Positions 1 to 12,500 of a DNA stretch of 64,000 nucleotides are shown in pieces. The translations under genes and the position numbers were made by a program. This DNA comes from Wolbachia endosymbiont of Fragariocoptes setiger (GTDB lineage Bacteria > Pseudomonadota > Alphaproteobacteria > Rickettsiales > Anaplasmataceae): positions 4,188 through 68,187 of the forward strand of contig JAHRAF010000005.1 in the NCBI GenBank assembly GCA_019061405.1, read 5' to 3'. The notes beneath the pieces are model-generated. The model made no database searches. It had not been told where the DNA came from and worked only from the letters and a program-made list of their open reading frames with translations. Numbering within the stretch: the first letter of the stretch is position 1; each line of letters begins with the position of its first letter.

Positions 1-1568
1 ATCCATTTGATTTCACTCACAGTAAGCATTTTTTTATCTATCAACTTTTTATCATATGGAACGCAAGTAAGCTGTTTAAAACATAAATATCCATCTTCTT
101 GCTTATCAACATACATAAGGTTCTCTATTCGTATTCCATATTGATAGGGAATGTAATAACCAGGTTCATTTGAAACAATCATACCAGGTATAAGTTTTAC
201 CTTATTTCCTCTAGATATTGATTGAGGTCCTTCATGTACTGATAAGTAACTTCCCACTCCATGTCCAGTTCCATGCATGTAATCCATAGAAAATTTCCAT
301 AAGTGTGAACGTGCTAATATATCTAACTCTCCACCAGTAATGTCTGAAGGAAAAATAGCACTTGCAATAGCGATATGAGCCTTTAGTACTACAGTATAGT
401 GAAAAATCTGTTCTCGTGTAGGAATACCAATAGCAACAGTACGAGTCACGTCAGTTGTTCCATCTGAATATTGCCCTCCAGAATCAATTAGATATAATCC
501 GTTTGTTATTACCTTATTTGTTTCAGCAGTTGCTTTATAATGAATAATAGCAGCATTTTCATTAGATGCTGAAATTGTAGGAAAGCTATTCTGTTGAAAT
601 AATCTACTTTCCTTTCTGAATTCTAAGATCTTATCTTCAGCATCAAGTTCTGTAACTTTCTTATCAATATTATTTTCTAACCAATGCAAAAAATGTGTAA
701 CTGCTATTCCATCTCTAATATGTGCATTGATTGCTCCCAAGATTTCTATATGATTTTTAGTAGCTTTGCTAACAAGACATGGATCTCCTTTTTCAATTGT
801 GTGCTTATCTTTAACTAAGTTTCCAATACTCATAGGAGTTGTACTTGGATCAACGACTATGGAATTTAGTTTACGCAGTGCAATTTCAAGCTCACTGATA
901 TTGAAAATACTTATATGATCATCTAATTCTAGATCTAGCTCATCATTTTCTAAAAAGAGGTCAACGTTACCATTTTTGTACAATATAGCACGACAAATCA
1001 CATGTGGAGTGTATTCTGTATATTCATCTCTAATATTTAGTAACCATGATATCGAGTTCACATCTGTTAAAAGAGTATCTTCATCAATAGTACTTGCTAT
1101 TCTTTTACACTTACTTTGGCTACTCTCACCTGAATATTTTATTGGATGTACAACTATCTTTTTTTTTGATTTTACGTTCTTTCTTGTGCTTATACAAGGC
1201 ACTAACTTGCAGATCTGCTCATACTTTTTTATATCCTTTATACTAAAATAGCGAGAATAATAGCCCGAGGTAGTAGTTGATGATAAATTTTCTCTCACCC
1301 ACTCACATGGATCTCTTTCTTGTGTGTTGTATACTTGAAAATGTTTGTGGTCAAGTTGATTGTGGGCTTGTGTAATGTAACGACCATCTGTAAAAAATGG
1401 ACACTTATTATCTTGCGTCATAATAAGTAGTCCATTTGTACCTGTAAAACCGCATAGATCACTTAAATCATTTGCGCACGACCGTAAATATTCATCATTA
1501 GTATTTAATATAAATACCTCAACGTTCATTTCCTTCATAAAAGAACGAAATCTTTTAATTTTTGACAT
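1..1568 (-). CDS. pepP: Xaa-Pro aminopeptidase (aminopeptidase P, M24 family), 3' end runs off the window
   Basis: Not in the ORF track (no stop in window). Manual translation from ATG at 1568 (MSKIKRFRSF...) is open to position 1, with GFTGTNG, FFTDGRY, DSGGQYSDGTTDVTRT, HGTGHGVGSYLSVHEGP, NEPGYY and GIRIEN motifs. Confidence 0.93.
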   Translation of the reverse strand, partial: MSKIKRFRSFMKEMNVEVFILNTNDEYLRSCANDLSDLCGFTGTNGLLIMTQDNKCPFFTDGRYITQAHNQLDHKHFQVYNTQERDPCEWVRENLSSTTTSGYYSRYFSIKDIKKYEQICKLVPCISTRKNVKSKKKIVVHPIKYSGESSQSKCKRIASTIDEDTLLTDVNSISWLLNIRDEYTEYTPHVICRAILYKNGNVDLFLENDELDLELDDHISIFNISELEIALRKLNSIVVDPSTTPMSIGNLVKDKHTIEKGDPCLVSKATKNHIEILGAINAHIRDGIAVTHFLHWLENNIDKKVTELDAEDKILEFRKESRLFQQNSFPTISASNENAAIIHYKATAETNKVITNGLYLIDSGGQYSDGTTDVTRTVAIGIPTREQIFHYTVVLKAHIAIASAIFPSDITGGELDILARSHLWKFSMDYMHGTGHGVGSYLSVHEGPQSISRGNKVKLIPGMIVSNEPGYYIPYQYGIRIENLMYVDKQEDGYLCFKQLTCVPYDKKLIDKKMLTVSEIKW

Positions 1569-1628
1569 CCTGTAAAAGTTTGATTTTTTACTATACTCTA
1601 TAGTACAGAAGGTTTAGCTGTAAATAAA

Positions 1629-2693
1629 TTGAAAAAGATTTTCTTGCTACTCATTATTAATGTTATTGCTATATTCTCTCTTGGTATTGCAGTACAATAC
1701 TCTTCTGCTGGGGGAAAATGGTCACCCTTAGCAACTCACCAAATAGCTATGTTTTGTATGTCGTTACCAGTAGTAGTACTCCTACTATATTTAGAATTAG
1801 AACGCTATTCATATCTTGTTTATGCTTTAACAATAATCTTACTATTAACAGTAGATTATTGTGGCATACACGTGATGGGTGCAACAAGATGGATAAGAAT
1901 AGGTCATATCAGTTTACAGCCTTCAGAATTTGCAAAAATTGGTTTGATACTTGCACTTGCACGCTATTTCTCCAAAAAAAGTATATATAAAATTATGGAA
2001 CTAAGAAGATTATTAGAAGTCGTTATAATTATAATTATACCTGTACTTCTAGTTCTCAAGCAACCTAACTTAGGAACAGCTGTCATAATGTTATGTATAG
2101 GAACAGCAATAATATTCTCTGCGTTAATAAAAACATCTCATTTATTAATTTGCGGATTATTAAGTATTTTAATGATACCAGCTGTATGGCCTTTTCTGCA
2201 CAATTATCATAAAAAGAGAATCATATCGTTTTTAAATCCATCAGAAGATCCTTTAGGAATAGGATATAACGCAAAACAGTCACAAATAGCAATAGGTTCA
2301 GGTGATTTATTTGGCAAAGGTTTTGTCAATGGCAGCCAAACTCAACTTGGATTCTTACCAGAAAAACATACAGACTTTGCTTTTGCTGTACTTAGTGAGG
2401 AGTTGGGATTTTTAGGTAGTATGACTCTAATTTCACTTTATTCTTTACTACTTACTATATCGTATATCATTGCTCATAGAGTAAGAAGTTACTTTTTTAA
2501 ACATGTATCTATAGGAGTGTTTGCTTTTTTCAGTTCCCATTTTTTTATCAACATAGGAATGACTATAGGATTTTTACCAGTGATAGGAGATCCATTACCA
2601 TTTTTATCCTATGGAGGAAGCATAACATTAACAAGTTTGATTTGCATAGGACTATTATTGGCTTCAATTAGAAGCAATAAGCATTGTATTTAA
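1629..2693 (+). CDS. rodA: Rod shape-determining protein RodA (SEDS family)
   Basis: Polytopic; GATRWI, SLQPSEFAK, KQPNLGTA, QSQIAIGSG, LPEKHTDFAF and PLPFLSYGGS motifs. TTG start. Confidence 0.93.
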   Translation: MKKIFLLLIINVIAIFSLGIAVQYSSAGGKWSPLATHQIAMFCMSLPVVVLLLYLELERYSYLVYALTIILLLTVDYCGIHVMGATRWIRIGHISLQPSEFAKIGLILALARYFSKKSIYKIMELRRLLEVVIIIIIPVLLVLKQPNLGTAVIMLCIGTAIIFSALIKTSHLLICGLLSILMIPAVWPFLHNYHKKRIISFLNPSEDPLGIGYNAKQSQIAIGSGDLFGKGFVNGSQTQLGFLPEKHTDFAFAVLSEELGFLGSMTLISLYSLLLTISYIIAHRVRSYFFKHVSIGVFAFFSSHFFINIGMTIGFLPVIGDPLPFLSYGGSITLTSLICIGLLLASIRSNKHCI

Positions 2694-2799
2694 GAAATAA
2701 TGAAGAAAAATTCTTACATCATATGCACTGAAAGATTACTACTATGACAAAGTATATGTGTTTTGATTAACCTATTACTCAATCTACAGTAACAGATCT

Positions 2800-4233
2800 C
2801 TATTTACTATTAAATTTAAATAAGCTGTATATAAAAAAGTAAATTGGTAAAATCTCTAACCTTCCAAGTATCATTAAGAATGATAAAAATAATTTCACTT
2901 CATTGTTAAAAAAAGAGTAATCATCTGAAGATCCTATTACATTACCAATTCTTGGACCAGAATTTGTTAGTGTAGCAGACACTGAACTAATGCTAGTAAG
3001 AAAATCAGCCTTACTAAGATATGCCATTAGTATTGATGAAATGGCAAATGTTAGAATATAAATGACAAAAAATATTAAGATAGCAAGAATTTCATTATCT
3101 GTGATAATCTTTTTATTAAACTTCACTTCAATGCTTGATTTAATTCCTAGTGTATTCTTTAAATAACTCTTCATTGATTTGAATAGAACAATAATACGAA
3201 AAATCTTTATACCACCACTAGCAGATCCATTACATCCACCTATAAAAGTTAATAAGAAGGTTAAAACTGCAACAAATCCTGAATCTGTATACCTTGAAAG
3301 TGTATAACCTGTTGAAGTAATAAGCGATACAATTGTAAAGGTACCATATCTCACAGAATCCAATGCCTTAAGATCAGACTCTCCATATAACCATAAAAAA
3401 GCAAGTAAAGATGCCAAAATAATTGTTCCCAAAAAATAATACACTTGCTCATCATGCTAAACACTAAAATGTTTCATATTTCTTAGATAGCTAAGAAAGG
3501 GTAAGGAACCTAGAATCATAAAAGTCATAGTTATAGATTCAAATATAGAGTTATTATAATGTCCTATTGAATTGCTATAATTTGCAAAACCACCTGTTGA
3601 TACAGTAGACATTCCATGACATATAGAGTCAAATAGTGACATACCAGCTAAATAATAACAAAACATACATAGTAAAATTAACCCGTAGTATATCATGGTG
3701 ATATCAAGCACCACACTTCTTATATTTGGTAAATTTCTTTTTGTTGCATCTGAATATTCAGAATAAAGAAAGCTGTTTATACTAAAATTTTTAAACATGG
3801 GAAAAACTGCAATTCCAGTCGTAATAATACCAATTCCACCAATACTGTGTAACATTGCCCTCCACAACAATATGTTCCTTGGTTCTAGCTCAATACTTTT
3901 AACAATAGTTGCACCAGTTGTTGTAATCCCAGATACTGCCTCAAATAATGAATCAACATAACTATAATTATTAAAATAAAATGGAACAGCAGCAAACAGT
4001 GATAGTACTATCCATATACAACTGGTAGTCATAAAAACCAAAGATATACCATGCAATTTATTTACTTTACCTAACAGAATACAAACTATACCTGAAAGAC
4101 AAGTAATGATAAATCCTGATATAAATATTATCCTTTTACCATCAACAAAAATTGGAATAATCATTGTGACACTGAACAATAGTAAAAATATTCCTATGAT
4201 GAATAGAATCGAACGTAAAGTGCGCATTTTCAA
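2800..4233 (-). pseudogene. trkH: Trk-system K+ uptake protein TrkH split by one in-frame TAG
   Basis: ORFs 3457..4233 and 2800..3444 are in the same frame, separated by TAG (3457-3459) plus CAT GAT GAG CAA. Pore-loop motifs: SGITTTG and VSTGGF in the N-half, ITSTGY and TNSGP in the C-half; also GSASGGIK and GRLEI. Confidence 0.88.
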
Positions 4234-4300
4234 GAGAATTTATTAGATAGCTCTTATCTTATAGTTATGAATTTTGTATTATTTATAATGATAAATTTAA

Positions 4301-6973
4301 CTAATAACACTTAGTAGGACTACCAGTTGGACCCATGAGAACTATCAATTCACCTACTCTTAAATATTTACATAAATTAGAAGAACCTCCAGTTTCAAGT
4401 ACAACGACAGAAATTGTTCCCTTCTTACGGTTCACTTCAGTACCAGTCACAGCTATTCCTTCCATAGCCAACTGAGTATTATTGATTTTTCTGCTATTTA
4501 TCACAAAATTCTGTAACTTAAAGAATTGCCCAGGCTTGAAATTCTTTGCAGCCAAAGGCGCTTTAATAGTTATTCCTATAACCTTGTCAGTTAAATGTTC
4601 TACTTTTATAACCTTTGCAGTGAATTGTTCTCTAATTCTACAAAAGAATTTTTCACTACTTTCTGATCTTATATAGTTTATCTCTTTTAATATTTTAGAG
4701 ATTATAGGATAACCATTTTTAGCACTTGCCATAGCTTTTACAACACTACCACTGTATGAAGGATGTAAATCTCCAAAAAAACTAATTGTTTTATGACCTT
4801 GCTTATATGCTAATATTCTATCTTTGTTTTGCATTTTAGGAGAAAAGATTTGCTCTACTTCTCTTCCTAATGAGTCAAAGTGAGTAAAATATCCATTTTT
4901 CAATTGAAAATGTTCTTTATCTTCAATACTAATCACTGTATTTGCTTCAGTACCAGCTGCTATGAAAACAGAACGTGCTTTCATATATTGAATTTCACCA
5001 GATATACTATTAACAAACTTGATTCCTTTAATATTTTTATATTTATCTAAGACCATTTCAAATGGTTCCAAGTTTTCAATAAAACATACTCCCTCTGATA
5101 GTGCATTTTGTACTTCTTCACTATTCAATCGATAACTCGGTGCATTTTTTAATTCTCTTCTATATATAATATTTACTCCACCAAGCATCTGCATTAATTC
5201 CCGTAATTTTTCCCCGTTCTCCCTAATTAATTTTGCATGTAATATAAATTCATACGCTATCTCACACTCTTCATCTGTCCAACTTTGCTCAACAAAGTTC
5301 TTTCCATATTTATTTACTAATATTTCATACCATGATAGGAATTTTTCTACTTGTACTGGATAATATGCTAATGCCTCTGTTGCTGTATCAATTGCTGTCA
5401 GCCCACCTCCTATAATCATTATAGGCATACGAACTTGAAAATTTGTTATAGAGTCACTCTTAAAAGCACCAGTAAGCTGCAGAGACATTAAAAAATCTGA
5501 TGCCATATTGGCTAGCATATTGTCTATTTTTATTATTTTAGGTTTACCTGAACCAAGTGCTAAAGCAACGTGATCAAATCCTAATTTAAAGGTATCATTT
5601 ACATTAATTGTTCCACCAAAATTAATACCCCCATAAAGTGCAAAGTTCTTACGCCTTTCTAGAATTAATCTAATTATTCTTAAATAGTTTTTATCCCATC
5701 TAGAAGTAATTCCATATTCTGCCACTCCCCCAAATCCTGCAGCATAACGTTCACTTAACTTATCATATTGTAAATTTTTAATAGGTCGAAAATCATCAAT
5801 TAGAGGCTCAATTTTTAATCCATCGATAGCAATAACATTATGACCTTCATTTAACAAATGATGTGCTAGGTTAAAACCTGCAGGTCCAAGACCAACGATT
5901 AAAACATTTCTCTCCGTATTTTCTCTCGGTAATGGACGTTGAAAATTTAGAGGATTCCACCTACTCAAAAGTGAATATATTTCAAATCCATACGGTAAAT
6001 TTAATACATCATTTAAAGTTCTTGTTTCTATCATTGGTATATTAACAGGCTCTTGCTTTTGATATATACAAGAATTCATACAGTCATTACATATTCCATC
6101 ACCCGTTGCAGCACATAAAGGATTATCTATCATTGCTATTGCCAAACTAGCAATACTATAACCTTCTCTTTTTAACATATTCATTTCTGATATCTTCTGC
6201 TCTAGCGGACAGCCATGCAAGTCAACTTTTAGACAAGATTTCTTGAAGATTTCATTATTTTCAATTATTCCTTTTGAACAACTATCTTTACCTTGTTTAT
6301 GACAAAATATACAATAGTTAGCATTGTCTAATGCTTCGTATAAATTAGGTTTTTTACTGGTTAGATCAAACCCGTATCTACGTTTGATTTTATTTGAATA
6401 TAAAATCTCAACTCCATCAATTTTTTTTGTGATATAAGATACAAGATTATCATGGTCCATCTTCTTATATGTACTAAACAATATACTACTTTTATTTTTC
6501 ACCCTCCAAACTGCATATTGTGCTGCAAGTTCTATTTCATTTTGATACTTTTCTCTATTCTCAAACCAATACATCACTTGCTCAGCAAAATTTTTATCTG
6601 TACATGGTAAAGGAATAAAATGGCTCAGCTCTTCAGCAACATCTTTTATATCACTTTCTATATATCTTTTTAATGCATAGCGTTGAACAAACAGCCTCTT
6701 ACACTTATATATAATAGCAAAATCATTATGTTTTTTTGCTAACTTTTTAACCTCTACTTCAATAGAAAAAAGTTTAGCAATAAATTCATCAAGTAGATAT
6801 GAGAGATCTATCAGTAGCTCACTATCAGAGATTTTTTCTCTTCTTGAAGTTATAAGAAGCTGACACAGGTCTTTATTATTATTCTCTACATATTGCAAAA
6901 ATACTTGGTCTAATGTGATCAATCCATCACGTGAATATAAATCAGAAAATAAAATGTTAAATTTTAACTGCAT
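4301..6973 (-). CDS. FAD/Fe-S oxidoreductase (GltD/dihydroprymidine dehydrogenase-like) with C-terminal FNR-type FAD-binding segment
   Basis: Cys clusters CIFCH..C, GCPL and CNDC..SC; dinucleotide-binding motifs VGLGPAG and IGGGLTAID; C-terminal PGQFFKLQ...MGPTG segment. Confidence 0.8.
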   Translation of the reverse strand: MQLKFNILFSDLYSRDGLITLDQVFLQYVENNNKDLCQLLITSRREKISDSELLIDLSYLLDEFIAKLFSIEVEVKKLAKKHNDFAIIYKCKRLFVQRYALKRYIESDIKDVAEELSHFIPLPCTDKNFAEQVMYWFENREKYQNEIELAAQYAVWRVKNKSSILFSTYKKMDHDNLVSYITKKIDGVEILYSNKIKRRYGFDLTSKKPNLYEALDNANYCIFCHKQGKDSCSKGIIENNEIFKKSCLKVDLHGCPLEQKISEMNMLKREGYSIASLAIAMIDNPLCAATGDGICNDCMNSCIYQKQEPVNIPMIETRTLNDVLNLPYGFEIYSLLSRWNPLNFQRPLPRENTERNVLIVGLGPAGFNLAHHLLNEGHNVIAIDGLKIEPLIDDFRPIKNLQYDKLSERYAAGFGGVAEYGITSRWDKNYLRIIRLILERRKNFALYGGINFGGTINVNDTFKLGFDHVALALGSGKPKIIKIDNMLANMASDFLMSLQLTGAFKSDSITNFQVRMPIMIIGGGLTAIDTATEALAYYPVQVEKFLSWYEILVNKYGKNFVEQSWTDEECEIAYEFILHAKLIRENGEKLRELMQMLGGVNIIYRRELKNAPSYRLNSEEVQNALSEGVCFIENLEPFEMVLDKYKNIKGIKFVNSISGEIQYMKARSVFIAAGTEANTVISIEDKEHFQLKNGYFTHFDSLGREVEQIFSPKMQNKDRILAYKQGHKTISFFGDLHPSYSGSVVKAMASAKNGYPIISKILKEINYIRSESSEKFFCRIREQFTAKVIKVEHLTDKVIGITIKAPLAAKNFKPGQFFKLQNFVINSRKINNTQLAMEGIAVTGTEVNRKKGTISVVVLETGGSSNLCKYLRVGELIVLMGPTGSPTKCY

Positions 6974-7307
6974 AACTTTAATTAAGTATAAGCCTATTTA
7001 AGGTAATGAAAAGCCTGCATATTATAATTTCCGATTCTGATATAGTCATAATTTAATTACTAACTATGAACTTCATACGTTAGATCTGGTAGGAACACAT
7101 TTTATATTTTTTCAAGATCAGAATGAAGTGTATATATCATCTTTACTTCAGAAAGCTTGATTTAGAGAGTTTTATGGGATATTACACGTCATGAAATCCA
7201 ATAATACTTGAAGGAATAGAAACAATACTACTTAGATATACTTAATGGTTTTTTAACTTCGATAGTTTATTGTCTATACTCCGATACATAAGTAAGGAAA
7301 TACTTTT

Positions 7308-7898
7308 ATGGTAGATAATGCTTCTTTAGTACTAACTAATAAAGATAAGAAACTTTTTATGCAAATCGCCGCATGGTTAATAGACAAGACTAGTTTAACC
7401 TTTTATCAAATAGCACAATGCTGCAAATTAGACTTTCAAGAAGTACAAGATATAGCTGACGGCGAATTAGATGTTGGGGAATACAATCCAATTGCCTCTG
7501 GAATTATTAGTGAAAAAGAGATCAATAAATGTAGTAATGATGCCAATCAAGTACCTACATTAAATAAAAATATAACAAAAAAGAAAGGTAGATCTACAAG
7601 CAATGCTTTTGGCTTCACTCCTGCAGCAAGGAGAAGAGACAAACCTGATGGAATTTATTATTTAATAAAGAAATATGATTGCTTAGACTACAATGCTATT
7701 GCCAGACTAATAGCTACAACAATTAATACTGTAGAAAAAATTGCTAATAGTTCTCATCCAAATATGCCAAATATTAAGCCTCAAGATCCTGTACTACTAG
7801 GCTTATGCTCTCAAAAAGATTTAGAAGACGAAGTTGAAAGAGCAGAAGTCGCAAAAGAGAAACAGGAAAGATTAAAAAATATTAAGAATGACTTTTAA
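7308..7898 (+). CDS. trcR: DUF1013 family cell-cycle transcription factor TrcR
   Basis: AAWLIDKTSLTFYQIAQCC...IADGE, RRDKPDGI, IATTINTV and PQDPVLLGLCSQ match the alphaproteobacterial DUF1013 pattern. Confidence 0.8.
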   Translation: MVDNASLVLTNKDKKLFMQIAAWLIDKTSLTFYQIAQCCKLDFQEVQDIADGELDVGEYNPIASGIISEKEINKCSNDANQVPTLNKNITKKKGRSTSNAFGFTPAARRRDKPDGIYYLIKKYDCLDYNAIARLIATTINTVEKIANSSHPNMPNIKPQDPVLLGLCSQKDLEDEVERAEVAKEKQERLKNIKNDF

Positions 7899-7936
7899 AA
7901 AAAAGTCTTTTATATTTTTGTTCTAATTGAATTCAC

Positions 7937-7964
7937 TTGACTTAAAATGGATTATTGATATAAC
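7937..7964 (+). promoter_or_regulatory. Putative sigma70 promoter of rho
   Basis: TTGACT-N16-TATAAC with an extended -10 TG, ~110 bp upstream of the rho ATG. Confidence 0.4.
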
Positions 7965-8073
7965 AAGCAGGGATAGTCTTTTAAACAAAGGCTCGTAAAA
8001 ACTAGTTAGTTCAATTTACAACCCTATAAACACGTTTGAGATAAGCAACGCCAGCTAAAACTTTTGGAGAATT

Positions 8074-9489
8074 ATGACAACTGTTGATGAAGATATTTTA
8101 GTAAAAAATTCCGAACCATTTAAAATACATGAAGATACTTCCATAGATAAAGAAGATAGAGGATCAAGTGAACTTAAAAAAAACACGAATGATGATGAAA
8201 AAACCCCAAAGACCTTAGATCTAAGTGAACTGAAAAAAAAAACAGCAGAGGAGTTGTTACGGCTAGCAGAAGAAAGAAACATATCAACTCATGGAAAACA
8301 TAATGGCAGAATGCTTAAGCAAGAAATAATATTTAGCCTTATGAAAAAAATTAGTGAGGAAGGAGGTATTACTACAGGTAGTGGAGTACTAGAAGTATTA
8401 CCTGAAAACTTTGGATTTTTACGTTCAGCAAGTGCTAACTATGCACCGAGTAGTGACGATATCTATATTTCCAATGGACAGATAAAAAAGTTTAATTTAC
8501 GTACAGGTGATATAGTACGTGGAGAAATCAGATCACCTAATGATAAAGAAAGATACTTTACACTCACTAAGGTGCAAAGTATTAACTTTATTGAAGTAAA
8601 TGAATTAAAAAAATATGTTCATTTTGATAATTTACTACCTCTTTATCCTGAAGAAAGCCTAATACTTGAAAATCAAACCATTAACGACAATAAAAAAGAC
8701 ATTAGCATGCGTGCTATAGACATAGTTACTCCTCTTGGTAAAGGACAAAGGGCATTAATAGTTGCACCACCACGAACAGGTAAAACAATACTACTACAAC
8801 AGATGGCACATTCTATAGCCACAAACCACCCTGATATAGAGTTAATAATGCTGTTGATAGGTGAAAGACCTGAAGAAGTAACAGATATGATGCGTTCTGT
8901 TACTGGAGAAGTAGTAAGTTCTACTTTTGATGAACCAGCTTATCGGCATGTACAGCTTGCTGAATTAGTAATAGAAAAAGCAAAAAGAATGGTTGAACAT
9001 AAGAAAGACGTTGTGATCTTTTTAGATTCAATTACAAGGCTTGCCCGTGCCTATAATGCAGTCATTCCCTCTTCTGGAAAAGTGTTAACCGGTGGTGTAG
9101 ATTCAAATGCATTGCAAAAGCCCAAAAGCCTTTTTGGAGCAGCCCGTAACATTGAGAACGGTGGATCTCTCACAATAATTGCCACTGCATTAATAGAAAC
9201 TGGTTCAAAAATGGATGAAGTTATTTTCGAAGAGTTTAAAGGTACTGGAAATGCTGAAATAATCTTAGATAGAAGACTTTCTGATAAGAGAATATTTCCT
9301 GCTATTGACATTACAAAATCTGGTACTAGAAAAGAAGAGCTTCTAATTGATAAGCTACCACTTAATAAAATATGGGTTTTACGTAGAATACTTAATCCTA
9401 TGGGTTCTGTTGAAGCAATGGAGTTTTTACGCGATAAACTACTTCTTACAAAAAGCAACGCTGATTTCTTTAATTCTATGAATAGTTAA
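8074..9489 (+). CDS. rho: Transcription termination factor Rho
   Basis: GFLRS, RNA-binding domain, Walker [40 protein letters not shown]. Confidence 0.98.
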   Translation: MTTVDEDILVKNSEPFKIHEDTSIDKEDRGSSELKKNTNDDEKTPKTLDLSELKKKTAEELLRLAEERNISTHGKHNGRMLKQEIIFSLMKKISEEGGITTGSGVLEVLPENFGFLRSASANYAPSSDDIYISNGQIKKFNLRTGDIVRGEIRSPNDKERYFTLTKVQSINFIEVNELKKYVHFDNLLPLYPEESLILENQTINDNKKDISMRAIDIVTPLGKGQRALIVAPPRTGKTILLQQMAHSIATNHPDIELIMLLIGERPEEVTDMMRSVTGEVVSSTFDEPAYRHVQLAELVIEKAKRMVEHKKDVVIFLDSITRLARAYNAVIPSSGKVLTGGVDSNALQKPKSLFGAARNIENGGSLTIIATALIETGSKMDEVIFEEFKGTGNAEIILDRRLSDKRIFPAIDITKSGTRKEELLIDKLPLNKIWVLRRILNPMGSVEAMEFLRDKLLLTKSNADFFNSMNS

Positions 9490-9558
9490 TTGCAAGTAAG
9501 TATTCACACATCTGAGAAAGATTGCTACTCTTAACAAAGCAAAAAGTGATTTGTAATT

Positions 9559-12500
9559 ATGCCAAAACGTACAGATATAGAATCTATATTGTTAATAGGG
9601 TCTGGTCCTATAGTAATAGGCCAGGGATGCGAGTTTGATTATTCGGGTACACAAAGCTGTAAAGTACTAAAGAGCGAAGGTTATAGGATTGTATTGATTA
9701 ATTCAAATCCCGCAACCATTATGACAGATCCAGAATTTTCAGATGTAACCTATATTGAACCTCTACTACCAGAAGTAATAGAAAAAGTCATAATTAAGGA
9801 AAGACCAAACGCGATACTGCCAACAATGGGAGGACAAACAGCTCTTAATTGTGTTGTAAAGCTTGCAGATAGTGGAGTACTTGATAAGTATAATGTAGAA
9901 TTAATAGGAATAAATAGAGAGGCTATAAAGAAAGCCGAAGATAGAAAATTATTTTGTCAGTCTATGGACAAAATAGGCCTAAAATATCCAAAAAGTATTA
10001 TCGTTAAAAATCAAGATGAGATAAAAAAAGCATTGAATTACATAGGATTACCTGCGGTTATTCGTTCATCATTTACTCTTGGAGGAACAGGTAGTGGTAT
10101 CGCATACAATAAGGAGGAGTTTTTTGATATTGCAGAGAATGCTTTAAAAAATTCACCAATATATGAAGTACAGATAGATGAATCAATTATCGGATGGAAA
10201 GAATATGAAATGGAGGTAGTGCGTGACTACAAAGATAATTGTATAGTAGTTTGCTCAATAGAAAATGTTGATCCAATGGGCGTACACACAGGTGATAGTA
10301 TTACTGTTGCTCCAGCTCTAACTTTACGTGATGCTGAATTTCAGCAAATGAGAAATGCTTCTATATCAGTGTTAAGAGAGATAGGAATAAATGCTGGTGG
10401 TGCAAATGTACAATTTGCAATTAACCCTAGAGAAGAAGGTAGCTTAGTTGTTATAGAAATGAATCCCAGAGTATCTCGCTCTTCTGCCCTTGCTTCAAAG
10501 GCTACAGGGTTTCCTATTGCAAAAATTGCAACAAAGCTTGCTATAGGTTACTCACTTGATGAAATACGTAACGATTGTGCTCCCATAATACCAGCATCGT
10601 TTGAACCTGCTATTGACTATATTGTTACTAAAGTCCCTAGGTTTGAATTTGAAAAATTCAAAGACACAAATTGTGAGTTATCAACCTCTATGAAATCCGT
10701 AGGGGAAGTCATGTCAATCGGACGCACCTTTAATGAGTCACTTCAAAAAGCTTTACGTTCACTGGAAATAGGACTTACAGGATTAGATGAAGTATTTCCC
10801 GAAAATACCGATTTAGACTATGTTTATTCTCAATTAGCCCGGCCTTTGCCAAATAGAATATTGATTATAGCTGATGCTATACGTCTTGGAGTAAGTCTCA
10901 AGGAAATCAACACAATCACTGGTTATGATTTTTGGTTTTTACAGAACTTACAACAAATCGTTTTTGCTGAACAGACAATTAAAAAAAATGGATTACCTAA
11001 AACTGCACATGAAATACTACAACTTAAGAAAATAGGTTTTTCTGATGCAAGGTTGGCAAAATTAAGTAAAAAAGAAACAGGGCAAATAGAAAAATTAAGA
11101 AAAAACCTTAATGTCAAACAGGTTTATAAACGTGTAGACACTTGTGCAGCTGAATTTAAATCTGCCACTTCTTATATGTATGGCTGCTACGAAGGGTATT
11201 CTGGTCAAGAGGAATTAAGAAAAGCGGAGTGCGAAGCTAACATTTCTGAAAGAAATAAAATTGTTATTTTAGGGAGTGGTCCCAATCGCATCGGTCAAGG
11301 AATAGAATTTGATTACGCATGTGTACACGCAGTCTCTGCAGCAAAAGAAATGGGATTTGAAACAATAATGATTAATTGTAATCCTGAAACCGTATCAACT
11401 GATTATGATACTGCTGACCGTTTATACTTCGCACCTCTGGTTGCAGAAGATGTAATCGAAATACTAGAAAAAGAACAAGAAAAAGGTTCATTAGTCGGAA
11501 TTATAGTACAAATTGGAGGACAAACACCTTTGAAATTAGCAAAAATCCTTCATCAAAATGGATTTAAAATCTTAGGTACTTCATTTGATTCAATAGATCT
11601 AGTTGAAGATAGAAAGAAATTTAAAAAACTTGCCATAGAACTCAATCTCAAACAACCTGAAAATGCTATTTGTTATTCAGTTGATGAAGCTCTAGAGTGT
11701 GCAAAAGAAGTAGGCTTTCCTTTATTAGTGAGGCCATCTTATGTTTTAGGTGGTCAATCTATGTCAATAAGATATGATATCGATACCCTTAAAGAATATC
11801 TTCTTAATAATACTAAAGTTTTTCAGTATGGACCTCTATTACTCGATAGATTTTTGATGAATGCAGTTGAAGTTGATGTTGATGCTCTGTGTGATGGAAA
11901 AAATGTTTTTATTGCAGCAATTATGGAACATATAGAGGAAGCAGGTATTCATTCAGGTGATTCAACATGTTCAATGCCAACCAATACTTTAAGCCCTGAA
12001 GTCACTTTAGACATTAAATTACAAACTGAAAAAATAGCCTCTATGCTAAAGGTAATAGGCTTGATAAATATTCAATTTGCTATTCAAGAAAAGGATGTAT
12101 ACGTACTTGAAGTAAATTTGAGAGCTAGTCGCACAATTCCTTTTGTTTCTAAAGTTATCAATATACCAGTAGCAAAACTTGCTACTAAAGTTATTTTAGG
12201 CAAAACTTTAGATGAAAAGAATAGGTCATTTAACTATTTTGCTGTTAAAGCTGCAGTTTTTCCATTTGAGCGTTTTTCAGAAGTTGACATCTTGCTTGGA
12301 CCAGAAATGAAATCAACAGGAGAAGTAATGGGTATCGACTCTTCGTTTGAAGCAGCCTTAGCAAAAGCATATATGGCAGCAGGACATAGATTACCAACAG
12401 GTGGTACAGTTCTGATCTCAGTGAAAGATGACGATAAAGAATTTATGTTGCCAATTGCTAAGATGTTAAATAATCTGGGATTTGAGATTTGTGCAACTCA

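Noticed and set aside
976-1251. 91 aa ORF on the + strand
   Set aside because: Antisense to aminopeptidase P.
6974-7307. Intergenic fragment NYELHTLDLVGTH resembling a leucine-rich repeat, plus a weak hairpin
   Set aside because: One short motif among stops in AT-rich DNA; not distinguishable from chance without a search.
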